The position numbers and the translations under genes were made by a program. DNA of 64,000 nt from Eledone cirrhosa (Eukaryota), in assembly GCA_964016885.1 (NCBI GenBank), contig OZ024744.1, positions 14,384,001 through 14,448,000 on the forward strand, written 5' to 3'. Below, in pieces: positions 15,001-29,200 of this stretch; position 1 is the stretch's first letter, and every line of letters begins with the position of its first letter. Below the pieces are notes generated by a model, which did no database searches, was not told where the DNA came from, and saw only the letters and a list, made by a program, of their open reading frames with translations.

Positions 15001-18000
15001 ACCTGTGATCCCACCAGGATAGAAGCCCCATACTAATCTATGTTATGACTTGATGTCAATAGTTTCCCTGTGATCCCACCAGGATAGAAGCCCCATACTA
15101 ATCTATGTTGTGACTTGATGTCAATAGTTGCACTGTGATCCCACCAGGATAGAAGCCCCATACTAATCTATGTATGTTGTGACTTGATGTCAATAGTTGC
15201 ACTGTGATCCCACCAGGATAGAAGCCCCATACTAATCTATGTTGTGACTTGATGTCAATAGTTTCCCTGTGATCCCACCAGGATAGAAGCCCCATACTAT
15301 TCTATGTTGTGACTTGATGTCAATAGTTTCCCTGTGATCCCACCAGGATAGAAGCCCCATACTATTCTATGTTGTGACTTGATGTCAATAGTCTCCCTGT
15401 GATCCCACCAGGATAGAAGCCCCATACTAATCTATGTTGTAACTTGCTGTCAATAGTTGCACTGTGATCCCACCAGGGTAGAAGCCCCATACTAATCTAT
15501 GTTGTGACTTGATGTCAATAGTTGCACTGTGATCCCACCAGGATAGAAGCCCCATACTAATCTATGTTATGACTTGATGTCAATAGTTTCCCTGTGATCC
15601 CACCAGGATAGAAGCCCCATACTATTCTATGTTATGACTTGATGTCAATAGTTTCCCTGTGATCCCACCAGGATAGAAGCCCTATACTAATCTATGTTGT
15701 GACTTGATGTCAATAGTTTCCCTGTGATCCCACCAGGATAGAAGCCCCATACTATTCTATGTTGTGACTTGATGTCAATAGTTGCCCTGTGATCCCACCA
15801 GGGTATAAGCCCCATACTAATCTCTGTATGTTGTGACTTGATGTCAATAGTTTCCCTGTGATCCCACCAGGATAGAAGCCCCATACTAATCTATGTATGT
15901 TGTGACTTGATGTCAATAGTTGCACTGTGATCCCACCAGGATAAAAGCCCCATACTAATCTATGTTGTGACTTGATGTCAATAGTTTCCCTGTGATCCCA
16001 CCAGGATAGAAGCCCCATACTAATCTATGTTGTGACTTGATGTCAATAGTTGCACTGTGATCCCACCAGGATAGAAGCTCCATACTAATCTATGTTGTGA
16101 CTTGATGTCAATAGTTTCCCTGTGATCCTACCAGGATAGAAGCCCCATACTATTCTATGTTGTGACTTGATGTCAATAGTTGCCCTGTGATCCCACCAGG
16201 GTAGAAGCCCCATACTAATCTCTGTATGTTGTGACTTGATGTCAATAGTTTCCCTGTGATCCCACCAGGATAGAAGCCCCATACTAATCTATGTATGTTG
16301 TGACTTGATGTCGATAGTTTCCATGTGATCCCACCAGGATAGAAGCCCCATACTAATCTATGTATGTTGTGACTTGATGTCAATAGTTGCACTGTGATCC
16401 CACCAGGATAGAAGCCCCATACTATTCTATGTTGTGACTTGATGTCAATAGTTTCCCTGTGATCCCACCAGGGTAGAAGCCCCATACTAATCTATGTTGT
16501 GACTTGATGTCAATAGTTGCACTGTGATCCCACCAGGATAGAAGCCCCATACTAATCTATGTTGTGACTTGATGTCAATAGTTTCCCTGTGATCCCACCA
16601 GGATAGAAGCCCTATACTATTCTATGTTGTGACTTGATGTCAATAGTTTCCCTGTGATCCCACCAGGATAGAAGCCCCATACTATTCTATGTTGTGACTT
16701 GATGTCAATAGTTTCCCTGTGATCCCACCAGGATAGAAGCCCCATACTATTCTATGTTGTGACTTGATGTCAATAGTTTCCCTGTGATCCCACCAGGATA
16801 GAAGCCCCATGCTAATCTATGTTGTGACTTGATGTCAATAGTTTCCCTGTGATCCCACCAGGATAGAAGCCCCATACTATTCTATGTTGTGACTTGATGT
16901 CAATAGTTTCCCTGTGATCCCACCAGGATAGAAGCCCCATACTATTCTATATTGTGACTTGATGTCAATAGTTTCCCTGTGATCCCACCTGGATAGAAGC
17001 CCCATACTAATCTATGTTGTGACTTGATGTCAATAGTTGCACTGTGATCCCACCAGGGTAGAAGCCCCATACTAATCTATGTTGTGACTTGATGTCAATA
17101 GTTGCACTGTGATCCCACCAGGATAGAAGCCCCATACTAATCTATGTTGTGACTTGATGTCAATAGTTGCACTGTGATCCCACCAGGATAGAAACCCCAT
17201 ACTATTCTATGTTGTGACTTGATGTCAATAGTTGCACTGTGATCCCACCAGGATAGAAGCCCCATACTATTCTATGTTGTGACTTGATGTCAATAGTTTC
17301 CCTGTGATCCCACCAGGATAGAAGCCCCATACTAATCTATGTTATGACTTGATGTCAATAGTTTCCCTGTGATCCCACCAGGATAGAAGCCCCATACTAA
17401 TCTATGTTGTGACTTGATGTCAATAGTTTCCCTGTGATCCCACCAGGATGGAAGCCCCATACTATTCTATGTTGTGACCTGATGTCAATAGTTGCCCTGT
17501 GATCCCACCAGGGTATAAGCCCCATACTAATCTCTGTATGTTGTGACTTGATGTCAATAGTTTCCCTGTGATCCCACCAGGATAGAAGCCCCATACTAAT
17601 CTATGTATGTTGTGACTTGATGTCAATAGTTGCACTGTGATCCCACCAGGATAGAAGCCCCATACTAATCTCTGTATGTTGTGACTTGATGTCAATAGTT
17701 TCCCTGTGATCCCACCAGGATAGAAGCCCCATACTAATCTATGTTATGACTTGATGTCAATAGTTTCCCTGTGATCCCACCAGGATAGAAGCCCCATACT
17801 ATTCTATGTTATGACTTGATGTCAATAGTTTCCCTGTGATCCCACCAGGATAGAAGCCCCATACTAATCTATGTTGTGACTTGATGTCAATAGTTGCACT
17901 GTGATCCCACCAGGATAGAAGCCCCATACTAATCTATGTTGTGACTTGATGTCAATAGTTGCACTGTGATCCCACCTGGATAGAAGCCCCATACTAATCT

Positions 18001-18880
18001 CTGTATGTTGTGACTTGATGTCAATAGTTGCACTGTGATCCCACCAGGATAGAAGCCCCATACTAATCTATGTTGTGACTTGATGTCAATAGTTTCCCTG
18101 TGATCCTACCAGGATAGAAGCCCCATACTATTCTATGTTGTGACTTGATGTCAATAGTTTCCCTGTGATCCTACCAGGATAGAAGCCCCATACTATTCTA
18201 TGTTGTGACTTGATGTTAATAGTTGCACTGTGATCCCACCAGGATAGAAGCCCCATACTAATCTCTGTATGTTGTGACTTGATGTCAATAGTTTCCCTGT
18301 GATCCCACCAGGATAGAAGCCCCATACTAATCTATGTATGTTGTGACTTGATGTCAATAGTTTCCCTGTGATCCCACCAGGATAGAAGCCCCATACTAAT
18401 CTATGTTGTGACTTGATGTCAATAGTTGCACTGTGATCCCACCAGGATAGAAGCCCCATACTAATCTATGTTGTGACTTGATGTCAATAGTTACACTGTG
18501 ATCCCACCAGGATAGAAGCCCCATACTAATCTCTATATGTTGTGACTTGATGTCAATAGTTGCACTGTGATCCTACCAGGATAGAAGCCCTATACTATTC
18601 TATGTTGTGACTTGATGTCAATAGTTTCCCTGTGATCCCACCAGGATAGAAGCCCCATACTAATCTATGTTGTGACTTGATGTCAATAGTTGCACTGTGA
18701 TCCCACCAGGATAGAAGCCCTATACTATTCTACGTTGTGACTTGATGTCAATAGTTGCACTGTGATCCCCCCAGGATAGAAGCCCCATACTATTCTATGT
18801 TGTGACTTGATGTCAATAGTTTCCCTGTGATCCCACCAGGATAGAAGCCCCATACTAATCTATGTTGTGACTTGATGTCA
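1..18880. repeat. Satellite A: 65-bp tandem repeat (69-bp variant with a 4-nt insertion), ~290 monomers, open at the left window edge
   Basis: Consensus read directly: ATGTCAATAGTT(TCC/GCA/GCC)CTGTGATCCCACCAGG(A/G)TAGAAGCCCCATACTA(A/T)TCTATGTT(G/A)TGACTTG = 65 nt. The 69-mers carry CTATGTATGTTG or CTCTGTATGTTG. The array ends abruptly at ...GACTTGATGTCA|TGTAAAC (18880). Confidence 0.99.
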
Positions 18881-18903
18881 TGTAAACAATACTATACTAT
18901 ATC

Positions 18904-19200
18904 TTTTTTTTTTTTACATGTTTAATAAATAAATTTATTCAAAGGCAAAGAAAAAACCTTTTTTAGTAAGAAAAAAATAAAAAGAAGGGGAAACATAAGG
19001 AAAGAAAGAATAGGGAAATATATAAAAAAATGGGATAAAGAAACAAAGAAAAAAAACAGGAAAGGGAGGGTATGGCAAGAGCTCTGGTATTGCAAAAGAG
19101 AGGGGGTGTGGTTAGGTGATTGGGTTCAGCAGTAGGGGTCCAAGTATGCCAGGGGTCTTGACTGCGACTGTTGCGAAGAAGAAGCAGCCGAACAAACCCC
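18904..19200 (-). mobile_element. Possible polyadenylated retroposed 3' fragment (LINE 3' UTR or processed transcript)
   Basis: A T12 run at 18904-18915 reads as poly(A) on the minus strand. It is preceded on that strand by AATAAA (plus TTTATT ~18934-18939) and ATTAAA (~18921-18926), and by a pyrimidine-rich UTR-like tract. No TSD or recognisable protein motif found; the right boundary is uncertain. Confidence 0.35.
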
Positions 19201-19291
19201 TGTATTTGTTTATTTTATGTTCTTCTGTGAGGGGGATGTGATTATAAACATATAATGAAAAATATTATTGTAAATTTATATGATAAAAACA

Positions 19292-20189
19292 GGACTTTAG
19301 AACTCTGTAACTACATATATTGATAGGTGTACATATCTCAAGTACTATATAGTGGAAAAGTGGACTTTAGTCTCTGATTTAGTATCTTGGTCACCCCTGT
19401 AACTACATATACTGATAGGTGCACATATCTCAAGTACTATATAGTGTAAAAGTGGACTATAGATTCTGATTTAGTATCTTCGTCACCCCTGTAACTACAT
19501 ATACTGATATGTGTACATATCTCAAGTACTATATAGTGTAAAAGTGGACTAAAGTCTCTGATTTAGTATCTTGGTCACCCCTGTAACTACATATACTAAT
19601 ATGTGTACATATCTATAAGTACTATATAGTGTAAAATGGACTATAGTTTCTGATTTATTATCTTGGACACCACTGTAACTAAATATATTGATATGTGTAA
19701 ATATCTCAAGTACTATATAGTGTAAAAGTGGACTATAGTCTCTGATTTAGTATCTTGGTCACCCCTGTAACTACATATACTGATATGTGTACAAATCTCA
19801 AGTACTATATAGTGTAAAAGTGGACTATAGTCTCTGATTTAGTATCTTGGACACCCCTGTAACTACATATACTGATAGGTGTACATACCTCAAGTACTAT
19901 ATAGTGTAAAAGTGGACTATAGTCTCTGATTTAGTATCTTGGACACCCCTGTAACTACATATACTGATAGGTGTACATACCTCAAGTACTATATAGTGTA
20001 AAAGTGGACTATAATCTCGGATTTAGTATCTTGGACACCCCTGTAACTACATATACTGATATGTGTACATACATCAAGTACTATATAGTGTAAAACTGGA
20101 CTATAGTCTCTGATTTAGTATCTTGGTCACCCCTGTAACTAAATATACTGATATGTGTACATACCTCAAGTACTATATAGTGTAAAAGT
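19292..20189. repeat. Minisatellite B: 92-bp tandem repeat, 9 full copies plus 1 partial
   Basis: GGACT starts at 19362, 19454, 19546, 19638, 19730, 19822, 19914, 20006, 20098 (period 92). Consensus GGACTATAGTCTCTGATTTAGTATCTTGG(T/A)CACCCCTGTAACTACATATACTGATA(T/G)GTGTACATA(T/C)CTCAAGTACTATATAGTGTAAAAGT. Confidence 0.97.
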
Positions 20190-20295
20190 ATATATAGTAA
20201 AATTACTTCAATTGCTATAACAGTTAAGAGCAATGGTATGGTGTTTTTTCCCCAAATGTTTGTGTTAAATATTTGATTTATAATAAATAATTCAT

Positions 20296-23200
20296 AGTAA
20301 TTTCAAACTACACCACCACTATAGTATACCAAGTAATTTCATAATACACCACCACTATAGTATACCAAGTAATTTCATACTACACCACCACTATCGTATA
20401 CTAAGTAATTTCATACTACAGCATCAGAGTAACTATAGTATACCAAGTATAATCATACTACAGCAGCATAGTAACTATAGTATACCAAGTAATATCATAC
20501 TACAGCACCATAGTAACTATAGTAAACCAAGTAATTTCATACTACACCACCACTATAGTATACCAAGTAATTTCATACTACACCACCACTATAGTATAGC
20601 AAGTAATTTCATACTACACCACCACTATAGTGTACCAAGTAATTTCATACTACACCACCACTATAGTATACAAAGTAATTTTATACTACACCACCACTAT
20701 AGTATACCAAGTAATTTCATACTACACCACCACAGTAAATAAAGTATACCAAGTAATTTCATAATACACTACCACAATAGTATACCAAGTAATTTCATAC
20801 TACATCCCCACTATAGTATAACAAATAATCTCATACTACGCCACGACTATCGTATAACAACAAATTTCAAACTACAGCACCATAGTAACTATAGGATACC
20901 AAGTAATTTCATACTACACCACTAGTATAGTATAAAAAGTAATTTCATACTACACGACCATAATAGTATACCAAGTAACTTCATACTACACCACCACTAT
21001 AGTATAGCAAGTAATTTCATACTACACCACCACTACAGTATACCAATTAATTTCATACTACACCACCACTATAGCCTACCAAATAAATTCATACTACACC
21101 ACCACTATAGTGTACCAAGTAATTTTATACTACACCACGACTATAGTATACCAAATAATTTCATACTACACCACCACTACAGTATACCAAGTAATTTCAT
21201 ACTACACAACCACTATAGTATACCAAGTAATTTCATACTACATTCACCACTATAATATACCAAGTAATTCCATACTACACCACCACTATCGTATACCAGG
21301 TAATTTCATACTACAGTATCGTAGTAACTATAGTATACCAAGTAATATCATACAACAGCACAATAGTAACTCTAGTATGCCAAGTAATATCATATTACAG
21401 CACCATAGAAACTATAGTATGAGAAGTAATTTCATACTACACCACCACTAAAGTATACCAAGTTATTTCATAATACACTACCACAATAGTATACCAAGTA
21501 ATTTCATACTACACCACCACTATAGTATAACAAATAATTTCATACTACGCCACGACTATCGTATGACAAGTAATTTCATACTACAGCACCATAGTAACTA
21601 TAGGATACCAAGTAATTTCATACTACACCAATACTATAGTATAAAAAGTAATTTCATACTACACGACCATAATAGTATACCAAGTAACTTCATACTACAC
21701 CACCACTATAGTATACCAAGTAATATCATACTACAGCACCATTATAGTATACCAAGTAATATCATACTACACCACCACTATAGTATACCAAGTAATTTCA
21801 TACTACAGTATCATAGTAACTATAGTATGCCAAGTAATATCATACTACAACACCATAGTAACTATAGTATAACAAGTAATTTCATACTACACCACTACTA
21901 CAGTATACCAATTAATTTCATACTACACCACCACTATAGTATACCAAATAATTTCATACTACACCACCACTATAGTATACCAAATAATTTCATACTACAA
22001 CACCACTATAGTATACCAAGTAATATCATACTACACCACCACAGTAACTACAGTTTACTAAGTAATTACATACTACAAAACCTATAGCATACCAAATAAT
22101 TTCATACTACACCACCACTATAGTATACCAAGTAATTTCATACTACACCACCACTATAGTGTACCAAGTAAATTCATAATATAGCACCACAGTAACTATA
22201 GTATACCAAGTAATTTCATACTACAACACCACTAGAGTGTACCAAATAATTTCATATTACACCACAACTATAGTATACCAAGTAATTTCCTACTACAGCA
22301 CCATAGTAACTATAGTATACCAAGTAATATCATACTACAGCACCATAGTAACTATAGTATACCAAGAAATATCATACTACAGCCCCATTATAGTATACCA
22401 AGTAATATCATACTACAGCACCACAGTAACTATAGTATACCAATAAATTTCATACTACACTACCACAGTAACTATAGTATACCAAATAATTTCATACTAC
22501 ACCACCACTATAGTATACCAAGTAATTTCAAACTGCATCCACCACTATAATATACCAAGTAATTTCATACTATACAACCACAGTAACTATAGTATACCAA
22601 GTAATTTCATACTACACCACCACTATAGTGTACCAAGTAATTTTATACTACACCACCAATATAGTATACCAAGTGATTTCATACTACACCACCACTACAG
22701 TATACCAAATAATTTCATCATACACCACCACTATAGTATACCAAGTAATTTCATACTACAGTATGATAGTAACTATAGTATATCAAATAATATCATACTA
22801 CAGCACAATAGTAACTATAGTATGCCAAGTAATATCATACTACAGCACCATAGTAACTATAGTATACAAAATAATTTCATGCTACACCACCACTACAGTA
22901 TACCAATTAATTTTATACTAACCACCACTATAGTATACCAAGTAATTTCATACTACACCACCACTATAGTATACAAAATAATTTCATACTACAACACCAC
23001 TATAGTATACCAAGTAAATTTATACTACACCAGCACTATAGTATACAAAGTAATTTCCTACTACCGCACCATAGTAACTATAGTATACCAAGTAATATCA
23101 TACTACCGCACCATTATAGTATACCAAGTAATTTCATACTACATCACCACTATAGTATACCAAGTAATTTCATACTACAACTCCACTATAGTATACCAAG

Positions 23201-26200
23201 TAATTTCATACTACACCACCACTACAGTATACCAAGTAATTTCATACTACACCACCACTATAGTATACCAAGTAATTTCATACTACACCACCACAGATGG
23301 TATACCAAATAATTTCATCCTACACCTCCACTATAGTATACCAATTAATTTCATCCTACACCTCAACTATAGTATAACAAGTAATTTCATGCTACACCAC
23401 CACTACAGTATACCAAGTAATTTCATACTACACCACCACTACAGTATACCAAGTAATTTCATACTACACCACCACAGATGGTATACCAAATAATTTCATC
23501 CTACACCTCCACTATAGTATACCAATTAATTTCATACTACACCAACACTATCGTATACCCAGTTATTTTATACTACACCACCACTATAGTATACCAAGTA
23601 ATTTCATACTACACTACCACTACAGTATACCAGGTAAATTCATACTACACCACCACTACAGTATACCAAGTAATTTTATACTACACCACAACCACAATAT
23701 ACCAAGTAATTTTATACTACACCACCACTATAGTATACCAAGTAATTCACACTACACCACCACTATAATATACCAAGTAATTCATACTACACCACCACTA
23801 TAATATACCAAGTAATTTCATACTACAGCAAAATAGTAACTATAGTATGCCAAGTAATATCATACTACAGCACCATATTAACTATAGTATAACAAGTAAT
23901 TTCATACTACACCAACATTATTGTATAAATAATAATTTCATAATACACCACCTGTACAGTATACCAATTAATTTCATACTACACCACCTCGATAGTATAC
24001 CAAACAATTTCATATAACACCACCACTATAGTATACAAAATATTTTCATACTACAACACCACTATAGTATACCAAGTAATTTCCTACTCTAGCACCATAG
24101 TAACTATAGTATACCAAGTAATTTCATACTACACCAGCACAGTAACTACAGTTTACCAAGTAATTCATACTCCAAAACCTATAGTATACCAAATAATTTC
24201 ATACTATGCCACGACTAACGTATAACAAGAAATTTGATACTACAGCACCATAGTAACTATAGGATACCAAGTAATATCATATTACAGCACCATAGTAACT
24301 AAAGTATACCAAGTAATTTCATACTACACCACTACTATAGTATAAAAAGTAATTTCATACTACACCACCATAATAGTATACCAAGTAACTTCATACTACA
24401 CCACGACTATAGTATACCAAGTAATTTCATACTACACCGCCACTACAGTATACCAAGTAATTTCATACTACAGTATCATAGTAACTATAGTTTACCAAAT
24501 AATATCATACTACAGCACAATAGTAACTATAGTATAACAAGTAATTTCATACTACACCACCACTGTAGTAAACAAAATAATTTCATACTACACCACCACT
24601 ACAGTATACCAATTAATTTCATACTACACTACCACTATACTATACCAAATAATTTCATACTACACCATCGCAGTAACTACAGTACCACAACTACAGTATA
24701 CCAAGTAATTTCATACTACACCTCCACTAAAGTATACCAAGTTATTTCATACTACACCCCACTACAGTGTACCAAGTAATTTCATACTACAACACCACAG
24801 TAACTACAGTTTACCAAGTAATTTCATACTACACCACTACTATAGTATACCAAGTAATTTCATACTACACCACCACTACAGTATACCAAGTAATTTTATA
24901 CTACACCACCATTATAGTGTACAAAGTAATTTCATACTACACCACCACAGAAACTATAGTATACGAAGTAATTTCATACTACACCACCACAGTAACTATA
25001 GTATAACAAGTAATATCATACTACACCACCACTATAGTATACCAAGTAATTTCATACTACACCACCACTATAATATACCAAGTAATTTCATACTACACTA
25101 CCACTATATTATACCAAATAATTTCATACTACACCACAACTATAGTATACCAAGTAATATATACTACACCACCACGATTGTATACAAAGTAATTTCATAC
25201 TACACCACCACTATAGTATACCAAGTAATTTCATACTACATCCACCACTCTAATATACCAAGTAATTTCATACTACACCACCACATTAACTTCAGTATAC
25301 CAAGTAATTTCATACTACACCACCACAGTAACTATAGTATACCAATTAATTTCATACAAAACCACCACTACAGTATAACAAGTAATGTCATACTACACCA
25401 CGACTATAGTATACCACGTAATTTCATACTACACCATCACTATAGTATAACAAGTGATTTCATACTACACCACCACTATAATATACCAAGTAATTTCATA
25501 ATACACCATCACTATAGTATACCATATGATTTCATACAACACCACCACTACAGTATACCAAGTAATTTCATACTACACCACGACTATAGTATACCACGTA
25601 ATTTCATACTACACCATCACGATAGTATAACAGGTGATTTCATACTGCACAACCACTACAGTATACCAATTAATTGCATACTAGACCACCACTATAATAT
25701 ACCAAGTAATTTCATACAACACAATCACTACACTATACCAATTAATTTCATACTACACCACCACTATAGTATACAAAGTAATTTCACACTACAAAAGCTA
25801 TAGTATAAAGAATAATTCCATACTACACCACCACCACATTATACCAAGTAATTCCATACTACACCACCACCACATTATACCAAGTATTTTCATACTAAAC
25901 CACCACTACAGTATACCAAGTAAATTCATACAAACCACCACTACAGTATACCAAGTAAATTCATATTACACCACCACTACACTATACCAAATAATTTCAT
26001 ACTACACCACAACTATAGTATACCAAGTAATTTCTTACTATAACACCATAGTAACTATAGTATACCAAGACATTTCATACTACAGCACCACAGTAACTAC
26101 AGTTTACCAAGTAATTTCATACTACACCACCACAGTAACTATAGTATACCAAGTAATTTCATACTAAACCACCACTATAGAATACCAAGTAATTTAATAC

Positions 26201-29200
26201 TACACAACATCTATAGTGTACCAAGTAATTTCATACTACCACACCACTATAGTATACCAAGTAATTTCATATTACACCACCACTATAATGTACCAGGTAA
26301 TTTCATAGTACACCACCACTATTGTATACCAAGTAATTTCATACTACAAAATCTATAGTATACCAAATAATTTCATACTACACCACCACTACAATATACC
26401 AAGTAAATTCATACTATAGCACCATAGTAAGTATAGTATACCAAGCAATTTCATACTACAGCACCACAGTAACTACAGTTTATCAAGTGATTTCATTATA
26501 CAAAATCTATAGTATACCAAATAATTTTATACTACACCACCACTACAGTATACCAAGTAATTTCATACTAACCACCACTACAGTATACCAATTAAATTCA
26601 TATTACACCACCACTACACTATACCAAATAATTTCATACTACACCACCAATATAGTATACCAAGTAATTTCCTACTTTAGCACCATAGTAACTATAGTAT
26701 ATCAAGTAATTTCATACTACACCACCACTATTGTATACCAAGTAATTTGATACTACACAACCACTATTGTATACCAAGTAATTTCATACTACACCACCAC
26801 TATAGTATACCAAGTAATTTCATAGTACACCACCACTATTGTATACCAAGTAATTTGATACTACAAAATCTATAGTATACCAAATAATTTCATACTACAG
26901 CACCACTACACTATACCAAGTAATTTCATACTACACCTCCACAGTAACTATAGTAAACTAAGTATTTTCATACTAAACCACCACTAGAGTATACCAAGTA
27001 ATTTCATACTACAAAATCTATAGTATACCAAATAATTTCATACTACAGCACCACTACAATATACCAGGTAATTTCATATTACACCATTACTGCAGTATAC
27101 AAAGTCATTTTATACTACACGACCACCTTACTATACCAAATAATTTCATACTACACCACCACTACAGTATACCATGTAATTTCATACTACACCACCACTA
27201 AAGTATACCAGGTAATTTTATACTACAGCACCACTAAAGTATAACAATTAATTTCATACTACACCACGACTATAGTATACCAAGTAATTTCATACTGCAT
27301 TACCACAATAATATACTAAGTAATTTCATACTACACCACCACTATAGTATACCAAGTAATTTCATACTACACCACTATTATAATATACCAAGTAATGTCA
27401 TACTACACCCCCACTACAGTATACAAAGTAATTTCATACTACACCACCACTACAATATACCAAGTAAATTCATACTATAGCACCATAGTAAGTATAGTAT
27501 ACCAAGTAATTTCATACTACAGCACCACAGTAACTACAGTTTATCAAGTGATTTCATAATACAAAATCTATAGTATACCAAATAATTTTATACTACAGTA
27601 TACCAAGTAAATTCATACAAACCACCACTACAGTATACCAAGTAAATTCATATTACACCACCACTACACTATACCATATAATTTCATACTACACCACAAC
27701 TATAGTATACCAAGTAATTTCTTACTATAACACCATAGTAACTATAGTATACCAAGACATTTCATACTACAGCACCACAGTAACTACAGTTTACCAAGTA
27801 ATTTCATACTACACCACCACAGTAACTATAGTATACCAAGTAATTTCATACTAAACCACCACTATAGAATACCAAGTAATTTCATACTACAAAATCTATA
27901 GTATACCAAATAATTTCATACTACATCACTACTACAATATACCAAGTAATTTCATACTACACCACCACAGTAACTATAGTATACCAAGTATTTTCATACT
28001 AAACCACCACTAGAGTATACCAGGTAATTTCATACTACACCACCACTATTGTATACCAAGTAATTTAATACTACAAAATCTATAGTATACCAAATAATTT
28101 CATGCTACAGCACCACTACAGTATACCAAGTAATTTCATACTACACCATCACTACAGTATGCCAAGTAATTTCATACTACACCACCACTACACTATACCA
28201 AGTAATTTCATACTACACAACCACTAAAGCATGACAATTAATTTCATACTACACCACCACTATAGTATACCAAGTAATTTCATACTGCACTACGACAATA
28301 ATATACCAAGTAATTTTATACTACACTACCACAGTAACTATAGTATACCAAATAATTTCATACTACACCACCACTATAGTATACCAAGTAATTTCATACT
28401 ACACCACCACTACAGTATACCAAGTAAATTCATATTACACCACCACTAGACTATACCAAATAATTTTATAATACACCACCACTATAGTATACCAAATAAT
28501 TTCATACTACACCACCACTATAGTATACCAAGTAATTTCATACTACACCACCACTACAGTATACCAAGTAAATTCATATTACACCACCACTACTCTATAC
28601 CAAATAATTTCATACTACACCACCACTATAGTATACCAAGTAATTTCAAACTACACCACAACTATAGTATACCAAGTAATTTCATAATACACCACAACTA
28701 TAGTATACCAAGTAATTTCATACAACACCATCACTAAACTATACCATGTAATTTCATACTACACCAAAACTATAGTAGACCAAGTAATTTCATACTACAA
28801 AATCTATAGTATACCAAATAATTTCATACTAAAACACCACTAGAGTATACCAGGTAATTTCATACTACACCACCACTATAATGTACCAAGTAATTTCATA
28901 CTACACCACCACAATAGTATACCAAGTAATTTCATACTACACCATCACTACAGTATACCAAGTAATTTCATACTACACCACCACTATTGTATACCAAGTA
29001 ATTTCATACTACAAAATCTATAGTATACCAAATAATTTCATACTACAGCAGCACTACAATATACCAAGTAATTTCATACTACACCTCCACAGTAACTATA
29101 GTATACCAAGTATTTTCATACTAAACCACCACTATAGTATACCAAGTAATTTCATACTACAAAATCTATAGTATACCAAATACTTTTGTACTACAGCACC

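Noticed and set aside
635-18459. Many minus-strand ORFs (MGLLSWWDH.../LVWGFYPGGIT...)
   Set aside because: They are translations of the 65/69-bp satellite. The 65-bp period shifts frame each monomer, and ORFs extend only where 69-mers cluster.
340-18770. RSS heptamer CACAGTG (plus CACTGTG) in the GCA-type monomers
   Set aside because: There is no ACAAAAACC-like nonamer at 12- or 23-bp spacing, and the heptamer is present in only one monomer variant.
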